This document shows positions 13,097 to 26,316 of a stretch of 64,000 bases of DNA, piece after piece (position 1 is the stretch's first letter; each line of letters opens with the position of its first letter). The stretch spans positions 55,986,001-56,050,000 of the forward strand of contig NC_043008.1 in assembly GCF_006345805.1 (NCBI RefSeq), given 5' to 3'. This DNA comes from Octopus sinensis (Eukaryota). Both the position numbers and the translations under genes were made by a program. Under the pieces are notes generated by a model, which made no database searches, was not told where the DNA came from, and was given only the letters and a program-made list of their open reading frames with translations.

Positions 13097-13918
13097 TATA
13101 TATATTGTATGTATGTATATATATGATATATATATATGTATTTGTAGACTCCCATATATATACATACATACATACATGTGTGTATATGAATGACAGCTGT
13201 GTAATAGGCCTGTATTTATATTACTTATCTAAATATATAACTATGTTTCTGCACACGGAAAGGATACTTATTGTCAAGTTAAACATCATTCTGTGTAAAT
13301 ATTTCCTTAAAGCTATTTTTTTAAAAGTATATTATTTTATTTATTATTTTTTACATTTTCATTGTTTTCTCTCCCTCCTTGTTCATTCACAGAAATTAGT
13401 TGTATGAACATGTCCATCCTTGTGGTTGAGATGTGAGAGCCTTTGACACGATCACCACTCCTCAACACACACTGCAATTTCATACTGTACTCATACATTT
13501 TGTCAGAGCCCTCTCCATCAAGTCCTTTATTTCATCACTCCATTTTCATCTTTGTAGTCCTTCGGCTTGATCCCTATCCACGCAGCCCTTGTTGCTATTG
13601 CAGACCTTCTGGATGCTGATAACTTGGGCCAAAATATTGTAGTTTTCTGTGTCTGACCATTGTCCCCAGCTTGCCAATGTTTTTTGCACCACAGACCAGT
13701 TTCATGCAGTGCAAGTTTTCCATGGATTGGGGAATTAGGCACATAAAGCACAATATTATCATATTTAATTTAATTATTAACTATATATTACGCATATAAT
13801 ATATTCTTTTATTCTTTTACTTCAGTCATTTGACTGTGGCCATGCTGGAGCATCACCTAAAGGGTTTTTTAGTTGGAAAAATCAACTCCAGAACTTATTC
13901 TTTGTAGGCCTATATGTA

Positions 13919-13961
<43 letters not shown>

Positions 13962-13987
13962 GATGCTCAGGGAAGGAAAGAAAGATG

Positions 13988-14022
13988 GTTTAATGTTTCG
14001 AGCAATGCTCTTCTTCAGAAAC
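13988..14022 (-). ncRNA. Minimal type-I hammerhead-like motif, one substitution from canonical
   Basis: Minus strand GTTT CTGAAGA A GAGC att GCTC GAA AC AT T AAAC: 4-bp stem I, intact core, 4-bp stem II; stem III is ACAT rather than palindromic ACGT. Confidence 0.65.
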
Positions 14023-14529
14023 AGAGAACAGTCCAAATAGAAAGGAAGACAGAGGAAGAAAATCGCCAGTGATTCATGCATGACCCACTGTTGGCCTATG
14101 GCCTGGTACTTTGTGACCCCTTGTCTTACAGGGCTGAACTGATTGTAGTTTGAGGTGTCAAACTACTCTATAATGCTTCAGAGTAGTACTCACTGTCAAA
14201 AGAGAGCATTGCATTGTGTCAACAAGGGAACATCCATGTGGTTGCTTAACATTTTAGAAATAGCAACCAAATCACTTGTAGCTGAAACATACTTTAACGT
14301 CTCTTGTGCTCCAACATGGCTGCAGTCAAACGACAGAAACAAATGCAAGAGTAAAAGAATAGAAAACACTAGTATGTGCCCTGGGTAATGTCAGTTTGCA
14401 TTCACTGTACCTGAAGGAAAAATCGGATGTTGGGGGTACATTTGTTTGATGAAAAGCTTTTAAGGCTGTGCCTTAGCATAGCCACAGTCCAATGACTAAA
14501 ACAGGTAAAAGATTAAAAAAAAAATGTGT

Positions 14530-14604
<75 letters not shown>

Positions 14605-15158
14605 TCCCCCTCTCTCTTTCTCTGTCACACTAACCTTTCATCATCCAACACGACCCTTTCCTACAATGACCCCCTCCCCTCTCATAACTCCTTGTCTTAC
14701 AAATTACTTGGTGACCCTGCTGGTGCTGGTACCTCATTAAAAGCATCCAGTCGACACTGGGGAGTGGTTGGCATTTGGAAGGACATCCAGCTGTAAAAAC
14801 CTTGCCAAAACGGACCTTACCTGTGCTGGTGCCACGTAAGTAGCATTCAGTGTGCTCTACAGTGATTGGCCTTAGGAAGTGCATCAAGCTGTAAAAAACC
14901 CAGCCAAAACAGACGCTATAGCCTGGGGTACTCTTATACGTAGTCAGCTCCTGTCAAACCGTCCAACCCATGCCAGCATGAAAAACGGACATTTAAAATG
15001 ATGATGATGATGGTGGTGGCGGAGATGATGATTATGATGTGCACATGTACAAGCATGTTCACACACTCTCGCAAAATAATATTCTCTGTATTTAAATACT
15101 TCTTAATTTATTCAATGTTATTTTTCTCTCACTTTTGAATTTTCTTTCTTATTTTCAG

Positions 15159-15253
15159 GCATTTGGAAATGCAAAAACGGTACATAATAATAATTCTAGT
15201 CGGTTTGGGAAATTTATCCAAGTTAATTACAAAGAATATGGAATGGTTCATGG
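15159..15253 (+). CDS. MYO9: Myosin IX motor-domain exon A ([32 protein letters not shown])
   Basis: Polypyrimidine tract plus CAG acceptor ending 15158 and GTAAGT donor at 15254; 95 nt, phase 0 to 2. Contains the myosin AFGNAKT and switch-1 NNNSSRFGK motifs; FIQVNY is typical of class IX. Confidence 0.95.
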
Positions 15254-17557
15254 GTAAGTGTTGTTTTAATACATTCATATAACCTTTTTTTTTAGCTTGG
15301 GAACAGAAGATCTTGAAGAACATATAAAGCTATAGATAATAGCATTGATTAATCCTTTCTGCTATAGGCACAAGGCCTGAAATTTGGGGTGATGGGAGAG
15401 GGGAGATAGTAAATTACATCAACCCCAGCGCATAACTGGTACTTAATTTATCGATCCTGAAAGGATGGAAGGCAAAGTTGACCTCGGCGGAATTTGAAGT
15501 CAGAACGTAAAGACAGACGAAAAACCGCTAAGCATTTCGCCCCAGCTTGTCGACAGAAAAGGTGTTCCCTTTTCTGTCTCCCTCATAGTTTCCAAGTGAG
15601 GACCTGATGTGTCTTATTCTTCCCTGGGTGAAAGCCTTCCTCTCCCATGTCTTGTTGGTTTTGTATTCTCATCAATGCTTCTGTAACTTAGCTATTTTTC
15701 CTATGTTGGAGTGTTAGCCTGGTGCAAACCCATTTGCTCTACATTAGTCTGGCCCCTATCCTTTGACATGTCCAGCATGGGAGGCCCTATCAAGAACTTG
15801 TACTCCACTGGAATAGCCTTCAAGCTTGTTGAACATCGCAATCTTAGGACAACAGTAATAATTTCATACTTAGACTATGAAGTCCTTTGATGTGGTGGAA
15901 GAAATGTGTGAATTATAACTGAGGCGTTGTCAGAACTGATAAATAATATTTCCTTAGATAATCTGTTGGCCATAAAAAGCGATGGAAGCGATTTCAACTT
16001 TAGAGGTGAAAGTAATTTTTATGGCTAGGCATATTTTCTAAATGTAAATAATCTAAGAATCCATAAATAGTCTGGTAATTCCTGGGAAGCATGTAGAGGT
16101 AATTGAATAGGTGGAGATAAGAATAATCTTGCTTGATAAGTAAAAAATCTCTTGGGCTTTAGTATTTTATTTATTTATATCTAAGAGTCAAGTCAGAGAC
16201 TTGGCAGAATTGGTAATGGTGTTGGGTGTGAAATGTCTCATTGTGTTTAGTTACGCCTCCTTAGGTCCCAAGTTCTTATTCTCTCATGATCAATTTGGCA
16301 TTTGCTCTTGGGTCGTTAAAGTACTGGTTAATTATGGAAGGTGGATTTAATTGACAATATGTGTATGTGTGTGTGTTCGTTCGGCTGTTCCCCCTCTGCA
16401 CTGCTTTGACAACTTGTGATGGTTTGTTTATGTTCTTATAACTTAGTGGTTTGGCAAAAAAAACCCAAAAAGCAGTAGCATAAGTACCAGGCTAAAAAGA
16501 AAAAAACTAAAAACAAAACAAAACAAAAATACTGGTGTTGAATTGTTCAACCAAACTCTTCTTGCCCCAGCATGACCACAGCTTAATGACTGAAACAAGT
16601 AAAATTTTTAAGATAAAAAAGTTGCCCCAAAATGTGCCGCTTGTGTCTATGAGAAAAATCATTTCTATTCATTTACTTTTTATGCTTAAAAAAGGAAATG
16701 GCATTTGGTTGAGTGGTGGTTGCCGTGACGATAATAATGGTATGGTTTTAGGGTTAGTGGTGGTAGTTTTGGCTGAAGTGGTTGTGGTTGTGGCAGCAGT
16801 GATGGGTGTGGTCGTTTTGGTGATTATCAGGGTTATAGTGGTAGTTGTCAAGGTGGTGGTGATGATGGTGATCTTTGAGTGTGTGTGTGTGTGTGTATAA
16901 ATGTATGCATATATTAAGAAAAAGAAGATAGGATTTGGATAAAATCCATTTAGTGCTTTTGTACCTTTGAAGGATTCATCATTCACGATGACCCTACCAG
17001 TGCTGGTGCCATGTGAAAAGCATTCAGTTCACACTGCAAAGTAGTTGGCCTTTGGAAGGACATCAAGCTGTAAAAACCATGCTAAAACTGACCTCACTGG
17101 TGCCATGTAAAAAGCACTCAGACCACTCTGCAGAGTGGTTGGTGTTAAGATGGGCATCCAAAATAGACACAGGACTATGGTGCAGTCTTCTGCCTGGTCC
17201 ACTCCTGTCAAACTATCCAACTTATGCCAGCGTGGAAGGCGGACGTTAAGTGATGATGATGATGATATCCATTGCACACCTTTTGCCTACCCCACTATCA
17301 CCTCAGTTTCCCCCCAATCATGGAGTGGGTGAGTTGGGGGCAGTACCACTCGCTTTGGGAACCAGTGGTCTAGACAGAGTCAGTCTGGTATTCGGTCCTG
17401 ATAGGTTGGCTGGCTGGCTGGTTGGGTGGCTTGCTGCCTTGCTTATTGGGTGGTCAGGGGTTTCCTGAACTCTGTGTTCTTCTTATTGTTGTTATTAGTG
17501 TTAATGGTACTATCATTTACTTAAAACATGTTTAAATTCCTCAGCAATGTATGTGTT

Positions 17558-17608
<51 letters not shown>

Positions 17609-17987
17609 ATTCACATGAAATACCATCATTGTCTTACTTGATATTGATGTGAAGGCAGCTTTCACGTACGAGAGCTAATTACATAAACTCTTTTGTTACA
17701 CACCAAGAGAAACAATCTTAACAAGCTGTGATCTTGTCTAAGCTTCTGATTGTTTTAAAAGTCTCTTTAACTTCTTTTGTTGAAGAATAAGATGCCATTA
17801 GGGGAGTTTCTATTGAACACCGGGTCTCGTTCCAGCTGCAATAACAAACCAAAGTCGATACCGTGAACCTGCCAGCTGTTAAAGCCTTCATTTAGATATT
17901 TTTATATATGTACATATATGTACATATATATATATGTGTGTGTGTGTGTGTATGTGTGTATATATATATATATATAATATATATATA

Positions 17988-18034
<47 letters not shown>

Positions 18035-18110
18035 ATATGTATATATATATATATATATGTATGTATATATATGTATATATATGTATGTGTATATATATAT
18101 ATATATATAG

Positions 18111-18142
<32 letters not shown>

Positions 18143-18166
18143 TGTATGTATATATATATATGTATG

Positions 18167-18211
<45 letters not shown>

Positions 18212-18218
18212 TATATTT

Positions 18219-18680
18219 ATTTATTATATAGAAGGAGCTTCTACAGGACTAGAACTGTTTCATTCAAGAGAAATCTTCAGGAAGCTAGTTAACAAGAATT
18301 GTATTGGCATTTATACATTTAGGCAGGTTAAAGGGGTGTTGGTGGGGGACTTTTTGGGGGTAGGCATAGCGCAAAAAATCATACTTGGGGGAGTGGTCAA
18401 GGAGTCAGTGTTAAATTAGATAGGAGAATAAATAAAAAATAAATATTTATTCTCCTATTTATTTATTTATTCTCCTATCTAATTTAACACTGACTCCTTG
18501 ACCACTCCCCCAAGTATGATTTTTTGCGCTATGCCTACCCCCAAAAAGTCCCCCACCAACACCCCTTTAAACCTGCCTAAATGTATAAATGCCAATACAA
18601 TTCTTGTTAACTAGCTTCCTGAAGATTTCTCTTGAATGAAACAGTTCTAGTCCTGTAGAAGCTCCTTCTATATAATAAAT
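18219..18680. repeat. ~460-bp palindrome between TA-rich tracts
   Basis: Arms of about 220 bp (ATAGAAGGAGCTTCTACAGG.. and ..CCTGTAGAAGCTCCTTCTAT) are near-perfect, with an irregular AT-rich centre. Confidence 0.95.
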
Positions 18681-18753
18681 TAATTTTACTCTGCTATGTA
18701 TTGAGTACCTTATTTACTGTGGTTAACCCCGAATCAACCGGGACCTACATATA

Positions 18754-18804
<51 letters not shown>

Positions 18805-20747
18805 TATATGTGTGTGTGTGTGTGGGGGGGGTATATAAGCTGACTGAAAATATTGCATTATTTATAGGCTTAATTACTTAAAGAATGAAATATATATATA
18901 TATCTACAGACATATGTTAATACAGTTGGAGTCGTTTTTAAGGTCTGTTTGATTTCTTTGTGATAGATGAATGAATATGCAGTATTTATTTATGCTTTTC
19001 AGCCAAGCCTCACTCACCCTCTCCTTATATATCTGCATTACGGCATGTCGTTTCTCAGTATTCCTCTATAATGGTTTAAAATCTCTCTAGATCTCAAAGC
19101 TAAGGATACACTTTATGAAATAATTAAAAAGAAAGAGTTTTTTTTTTCCTTGTCAATTTAATGAAGAAAACTTATTAGCTTTTGTGAGATTAAACTTTAG
19201 CGGAAGCCAAACATAACAGGAAACAATTAGAGGCAAATATAAAATAACAAACCAAAAGTAATTTGTGGATTTGGCTGTGTTGGGTGGGTTGTTATTTATA
19301 CTAATATCCTGAAAACTGCTTGGCACCAGTGATTCTTTGATTCCTTATAAGGATTGAAAATTTTCTTTCCCTTAAAACTAATTTATCTAAGGCACAGGCA
19401 TGAGTGTGTAGCTAAGAAATTTGTTTTGCAATCAAGATTTTGAGTTCAGACCCATTGCACAGCGCTTTGGGCGAGTATCTTCTGTTAGGGCTCTGGGCCG
19501 ACCTATGCCTTGGGAGTGAAATGGTCAGTCTGTCCTAGTTACAAGTTACTTGGTGATCTAATAAGTGCTAGCGACATGGAAGAGAAAAAAGAAAAAAAAC
19601 TTCCTGTGGGCGTGAGAGTAGCTGTGTGGTAAGTAGCTTGCTTGCCAGCCACATGGTTCCGGGTTATGTCCCACTGCGTGGCACCTTGGACAAGTGTCTT
19701 CTACTATAGCCTTGGGCTGACCAAAGCCTTGTGAGTGGATTTGGTTGATGGAAACTGAAAGAAGCCCGTCGTATATATATATGTGTGTGTGTGTGTGTAT
19801 ATACATGTGTGTATGTGTTTGTGTGTCTGTGTTTGTTTTGACAACCGATGCTGATGTGTTTACGTCCCCATAAATTAGCGGTTCAGCAAAAGAGACTGAT
19901 AGAATAAGTACTAGGCTTACAAAGAATAAGTCCTGGGGTTGATTTGCTCGATTAGAGGCGGTGCTCCAGCATGGCCACAGTCAAATGACTGAAACAAGTA
20001 AATGAGTAAAGAGTATACACTGTAAAGTGGTTAACATTCGAAAGGAATATAGCCGTAGAAACCATGCTAAAAGTAGACATTGGAGCTTGATGATGAAGTC
20101 CTGTGCATTCAACCCATGCCAGCATGGAATGCAGATGCTAAAGGGTTATAGTTGAAGAAAACGACACCAGGGCTTATTCTTTGTAAGCCTAGTACTTATT
20201 CTACCAACCTCTTTTCCTGAGCTGTTAAGTTATGGGGACATAAACACACCAGCATTAGTTGTCAAGTGGTGGTAGGGCGACAAACACAGACACAAAAGAC
20301 ACGTACATAAATATATATACGTATTAATATACACGACGGGCTTCATTCAGTGTCCGTCTAGCAAATCTACTCATGAGGCTTTGTTGGCCCAAGGCTATAG
20401 TAGAAGACACTTGCACAAGGTGTCACACAGTGGGACTGAACCCGCGGAACCATGTGGTAGGAAGCAAGCTTCTTACTGCACAGCCATGCCTGCACCTTAT
20501 ATATATATATATATATATATCAAAGTGGATGATAGATTTTCATGGGTCAAGTTAGATAATCTAAATGAAATTCCCCTAAGCATTCCATTGATGATACTTT
20601 GGGGGTGGTTAGATAGTGTATGGATATATTGGATGGTTTTATTCAGCTTAAAAATATAACATTACTCAATATGACTTCAAGTTCTGTATGTAGGAGATAT
20701 TTTAAGCTTTCTTAAATTCTAAAATTATTTTAATTGATTTTTTTTTT

Positions 20748-20831
20748 ACCTCTGATGAGGGAAAAGCGATTATTTATATTGGGCTGGAAAATCCGCCAAT
20801 ACCAACTCATTCCCTGAAACAATCATAAGGT
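20748..20831 (+). ncRNA. Type-I hammerhead-like motif (decayed)
   Basis: ACCT CTGATGA GGGAA..TTCCCT GAA AC AATC AT A AGGT, with an internal TATTGG/CCAATA hairpin in loop II. Confidence 0.55.
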
Positions 20832-21551
20832 TTTGCACTATTGCTTTTCTTTGGATTGTAATACTGGAGTGCTTGAAACCTAATATCTCAATGAATTGTA
20901 TTTTATATTTCCGCGATAAACGAACATTACCCATGAAAATCTGTCATCCACTTTGATTTATGTTATATTTTGCTCATATAGAGCACTAATTAGGTGCACT
21001 GCAGCAAAGGTTTTCCTTTGTTCTTCTTATTTTATTATTCTATATTCTATATGATATATATATGTATATGTGTGTGTGCGTGTGTGTGTGTATATATATA
21101 TATATATATCATCATCATCATCATCATCATTTAGCGTCCGTTCTCCATGCTAGCATGGGTTGGACGGTTCAACTGGGGTCTGTGAAGCTGGAAGGCTTCA
21201 TCAGGCCCAGTCAGATCTGGCAGTGTTTCTACGGCTGGATGCCCTTCCTAACGCCAACCACTCCGTGAGTGTAGTGGGTGCTTTTTACATGCCACCTGCA
21301 CAGGTGCCAGACAGAGCTGGCAAACGGCCACGAACGGATGGTGCTTTTACGTGTCACCGGCACGGGGGCCAGGCGAGGCTGGCAACGGGCACGAACGGAT
21401 GGTGCTTTTACATGCCACCGACACGGGGGCCAGACAGGGCTGGCAAACGGCCACGAACGGATGGTGCTTTTACGTGTCACCGGCACGGGGGCCAGGCGAG
21501 GCTGGCAACGGACACGAACGGATGGTGCATTTATATTTATATAGATGTATA

Positions 21552-21594
<43 letters not shown>

Positions 21595-21951
21595 TCATAT
21601 AGATGTATATGTGTGTGTGTATATATATATCATCATCATCATCATCATCATCGTCGTTTAACGTCCGTTCTCCATGCTAGCATGGGTTGGACGGTTCGAC
21701 CGGGGTTCTGGGAAGCCAGAAGGCTGCACCAGGCTCCAGTCTAATTTGGCAATGTTTCTACAGCTGGATGCCCTTCCTAACGCCAACCACTCCGTGAGTG
21801 TAGTGGGTGCTTTTTACGTGCCACCTGCACAATATAAATAATCGCTTTTCCCTCATCAGAGGTAAAAAAAAAATCAATTAAAATAATTTTAGAATTTAAG
21901 AAAGCTTAAAATATCTCCTACGTACAGAACTTGAAGTCATATTGAGTAATG

Positions 21952-21999
<48 letters not shown>

Positions 22000-23879
22000 A
22001 TATATATATATATATATGCTACCATGGAAGGCGGATGTTAAATGATGATGATGATGGTGTGTGTGTGTGTGTGTATTTGTGTTTTTTCCTGTACATCACT
22101 TGAAACTGGCATTGGTTTGTTTACGCCTCTGCAACTTAGTAGTTTGGCAAAAGAGACTGATAGAATAAGAACCAGACTTAATAATTAAGTTCTGGGGTCA
22201 ATTTGTTTGACTAAACCCTTGGAGGTGATACACCTCAGCATGGTCCAGTTTGATAACTTACGTAAAACAATAAAAGATAAAAAGACAATTTCTTTTTTTC
22301 AATCTAACACGGTACCATCACTCACAAGTGAGTATGATTGGGTTGCATGTACGGTGCTTTTGCTAATTGCTTTAGATGCCTCTCTGGTAGTCAGCCGACA
22401 TTGATATCCTTTCATCCAACCTACTCTTGACCTACTGGATAGTCAAGAATGTGACAGCTTAAAAGAGGGAGAGGATGGCTACACCACTAATCGACTGGTT
22501 TTCATTTCAGCCTAGCAACTGAAACAAAGTGAAATGTAGTGCTTTTCTGAATGACATAGCATGCTGTTCGGTCCAGGAACTGGATCCAAGTTCATGGTTG
22601 TCAGCTTCATATCCTAACCACCTGGTGACATGCCTAGTGGTTAGGATGCTTCTTATTTTTTAAAATATTAACTAGGCAGGGCTATTGGTGCAGTTTTGGT
22701 TGTGTGATTAAGAAGCTTGCAACGCAACCACGTGGTCTTGGGTTCAGTCCCACTGTGTGGCATCTCGGGCAAGTGTCTTCTACTATAGCCCTGAGTGGAT
22801 TTGGTAGTTATATACCCTGTGTGTGTGTGTGTGGGTTGGGTGTTGGGTGTGTATATGTATGCACATGTGTTTGTATGTACCCTTATGTGTACGCATGGGA
22901 AATATTACCTTGCTTTGAAACAAATGGGAGTTAGTGGCATGGAGGGCAACTGGTCATAGAGAATCTGCCTCAACAAATTCCATCTGACCCATGCAAGCAT
23001 GGTAAAGTGGATATTCATTGATGATGATGATGATGAATGAGGATAAAGATTTTCACTGGCTGCCTCAACCTGTGGTGGCCATCCCTGGGAAATATTGGAC
23101 AGTTTCATGCTACTCAATGCAGTATTGCAGCAGGTAAATGGAGATGGGGGTTGCTCCCTTTTATGGTTGAAGAAGACACCCTGTGCCCCAGGTTGGAAAT
23201 AACTGCATGTTGAGTTGAATGTGAAATGGAATCTCAAATTGCCCATTGCCCAGTTCACCTAACTGTGAAATAAACACCAAGATAAATGACTACGAGGCAA
23301 TCTCTATGAGGTCACATGACCATTTAGAAATAGCTAAATAATATCCCTTGATTCATACCCTACATCTTAACCCTAATGCTTTCAGATTACTTTGTCAAAT
23401 ATAATGCTTATTTTATTCAACTTATTTCAAAGTAATCGTGAATTATCTCATAACTTTAAGATTTCAAATTTTTTAGATTTAGTGTGAGAGACTAGATCTG
23501 GCCAGAATATTTGGGCTGGATAAAGTCAGTTTAAATGGTAAAAGGTTGAATATAGAAATTATGTGCTAGTTAATGTGGTTTCGTATGCAACCAGAAGACA
23601 GAATGGTCATGCCTGGAATGTCTTCATCATAATTCTGTTTGATTATAGTTGACCTATGGTTAAACTATAGCAACACTTTCACATTGTATACTTTATGGAT
23701 ATTACAATCACTGGCTCAAAGACATCCTATGCTTTCTCTCTGCATCTTCTACTGCTACTACCACATCTTCTGCTCCACTGAACTAGCAAGCTGTACCATC
23801 TTCACCTAACTCCACTCCTTTCACTTTTCCTTATTTTGTCTAATCTGCCAAATTTTACTTCACTAAGGCAAAGACCCCC

Positions 23880-24207
23880 CTTCGGTCATGAATGACCATG
23901 GGATTGCACTTAGAAAATTCCCTTCCGAAGCACAAGTCTGGGCAAGGTTGTTTATAGAAGACCAGCAGTCGTCCATGCATACCAGCCTCCCTACTCCATT
24001 CCACCGATGTTATCCAAGGGAAAGGCAAAGGCTGATACAGTTTGGCACCAATGACATTGTGACTCATTTCTACAGATGAGTGAACTAGAGCAGTGTGAAA
24101 AATAGAGTGTCTTGCTCAAGAACACAACACACAGCCTGATCTGGGAATCAAACTCACTATTTCATGATTGTGAGCCCAATGCTCTAACCACTGAGCCATG
24201 CACCTTC
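23880..24207 (-). mobile_element. tRNA-derived SINE family F
   Basis: Minus-strand head AAGGTGCATGGCTCAGTGGTTAGAGCATTGGGCTCACAATC..GAGTTTGATTCCC. A second, partial copy is at 38640-38895. Confidence 0.75.
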
Positions 24208-24261
24208 ACCAAATACCTTTTATTAACCTTTATATACCTTACTATAAAACCAATTAATTAT

Positions 24262-24401
24262 TGCAGCGTGGAAGGTGTTTGTAAGCCATTTAAGAAACAC
24301 ACAAAAGCCGTTTGATTCACTTCAACATTTAAGTTTAATTTGTCAAAATATTTTCGTCGCTAAAATCCGCGACCTGTTCACTGACAAAAATCCGTGCTGC
24401 A
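24262..24401. mobile_element. 140-bp element with short terminal inverted repeats and an internal three-way junction
   Basis: TGCAGCGTGGA..TCCGTGCTGCA ends; internal stems TTTGTC/GACAAA and GTCGC/GCGAC plus an AATATT palindrome. Confidence 0.45.
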
Positions 24402-25208
24402 TTTGAGAAAGTAACAGTTAGTTCGTCATATACAATTAATTATTCTTCCTTTAATAAGCCAATGAGTGAGCTTCTATGCAGTTATTCAAACTGCTGGACA
24501 CCACAGCTAGATTTCTTCAAATGAAACCCTTCCACCTTTATAAAAGAAGGGCATATTGGATATATTACCTGACAACAAGATGGGATGGTCACAGCTGAAA
24601 CGTATTGACCTGGGAATTATTCTATAGCATGAAAGTAGGATAGGATGTATTAAATAATGTAGTTCTAGATAGGGAGAGTTTAGGAAAAAAACAAAAGACG
24701 AAGACAGGTGGTGTACAAAACAAACAGAAGTATTAGTATAATGCTCAGAAATAGAAAAAGTCTTTTACGTTTCGAGCCTACGCTCTTCTACCGAAAGGGA
24801 CACAGCAAAAAACAAGGAGAGAAACAAAATAAAAGATGGGATGGTCATGACGGGAACATCTTTAATCACAAGCCTGTTTTGACTATGTGCTGACACAAAG
24901 CAGAAAATCATAAGGCCAGTTTTACTGGTTCCTGGGATATGTGTTTTCATCGACAGCTTACAATTGAGAATAAACTGGCTTCATAGCAGCAGCATGGTCT
25001 CTGTGTGTTTTAATAATAATCTTTTCACTAGACATGCATTATATATATATATATATGGAGACTTGTTGCCAGCTTTGAATAATAGAAGCTAAAAAGGATG
25101 ACATCAATAATGAGATTAACTAATAGAAATAAATAAATGAATATCTTGCTATACAAACACCCATCTTTTATTGTGGTTCTATTTGTACTTTAATATCATT
25201 ATTAATAC

Positions 25209-25317
<109 letters not shown>

Positions 25318-26316
25318 GATTGACCGAGATGCTATGGTGCTGAATAGAATTCGCTACAGTATTATTTGTTTCTGTCTCTTTAATATTTCCGGGTTCAAAT
25401 ACCCCCGGGGTCAGTTTTGCCCTTTCATCCCTCCATGGGGACAAAGTACTAGTCTAGCACTGGGGTTAATGTAATTTGCTGATCCCTCTATCTCCCTTCA
25501 AAATTGCTGGCTTTGTGCCTAAATTAGAAACAGTTGTGGTTATTAATATTAAGGAGGCGATGATACAGTTAATTGGCAGGGAGTCATTATGTTATAGTGG
25601 TGGCTAGAATGACTTGTATTATTTGTTGTGGTTCTTGATGTTCTGAGTTCAAACCCTACTGAGGTTGACTTTCGTTTTACTTTTCATTTTTTTCATGAGT
25701 TCAATAAATTATGTACCAGTTATAGACCAGGGTTGTAGATTGGTCAAATTGCTAGAGCATCCTGAAAAATTGATTTACAGTATCTGTTCTGGTTCTTTGT
25801 GTACTGAGCTCAGATTCCACCAGCTCATGATCGCCCTACTTTGGGTGAGAAATGGTAGTGATGGTGCTGTTGGTGGTGGTTGGGCCCTTTGGACCTGGCC
25901 GACCTTCTGTGTTTGACCAACCATGTGTTGATTGGAGTGTCACTTTAGTCACATCAATATGTGTGAATGCAGAAGTCAGTATGGATTCCAGTGAATTGAA
26001 AGAAATGTCAAAACAGAAAAATAAAAAGAACTGTGCCCCAGCATGGCCGCACTCTAATGACTGAAACAAGTAAAAGATAAAAGATATTAATATCTGTTGG
26101 TATTACTAAGGTGGCAGAATTGTTAGCACACTGGGCAAATTGCTTAGTTACCCCTGTCTCTAAATTCTGAGTTCAAATTCCACTGAGGTTGACTTTGCCT
26201 TTCGTCCTTTTGGGATTGATAAAATAAGTTCTGAGTTCAAATTCCACTGAAGTTGACTTTGTATTTCATTATTTCAAGGTTGGTAAACTAAGTACCAGTT
26301 ATGTACTGGGGTTGAT

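Noticed and set aside
13527-13751. Minus ORF faintly like the region after RNase H in LINEs
   Set aside because: No diagnostic motif continues in frame; the similarity is too weak to call.
23056-23208. Possible old hAT MITE
   Set aside because: TIR-like ends are too degenerate and no TSD could be identified.
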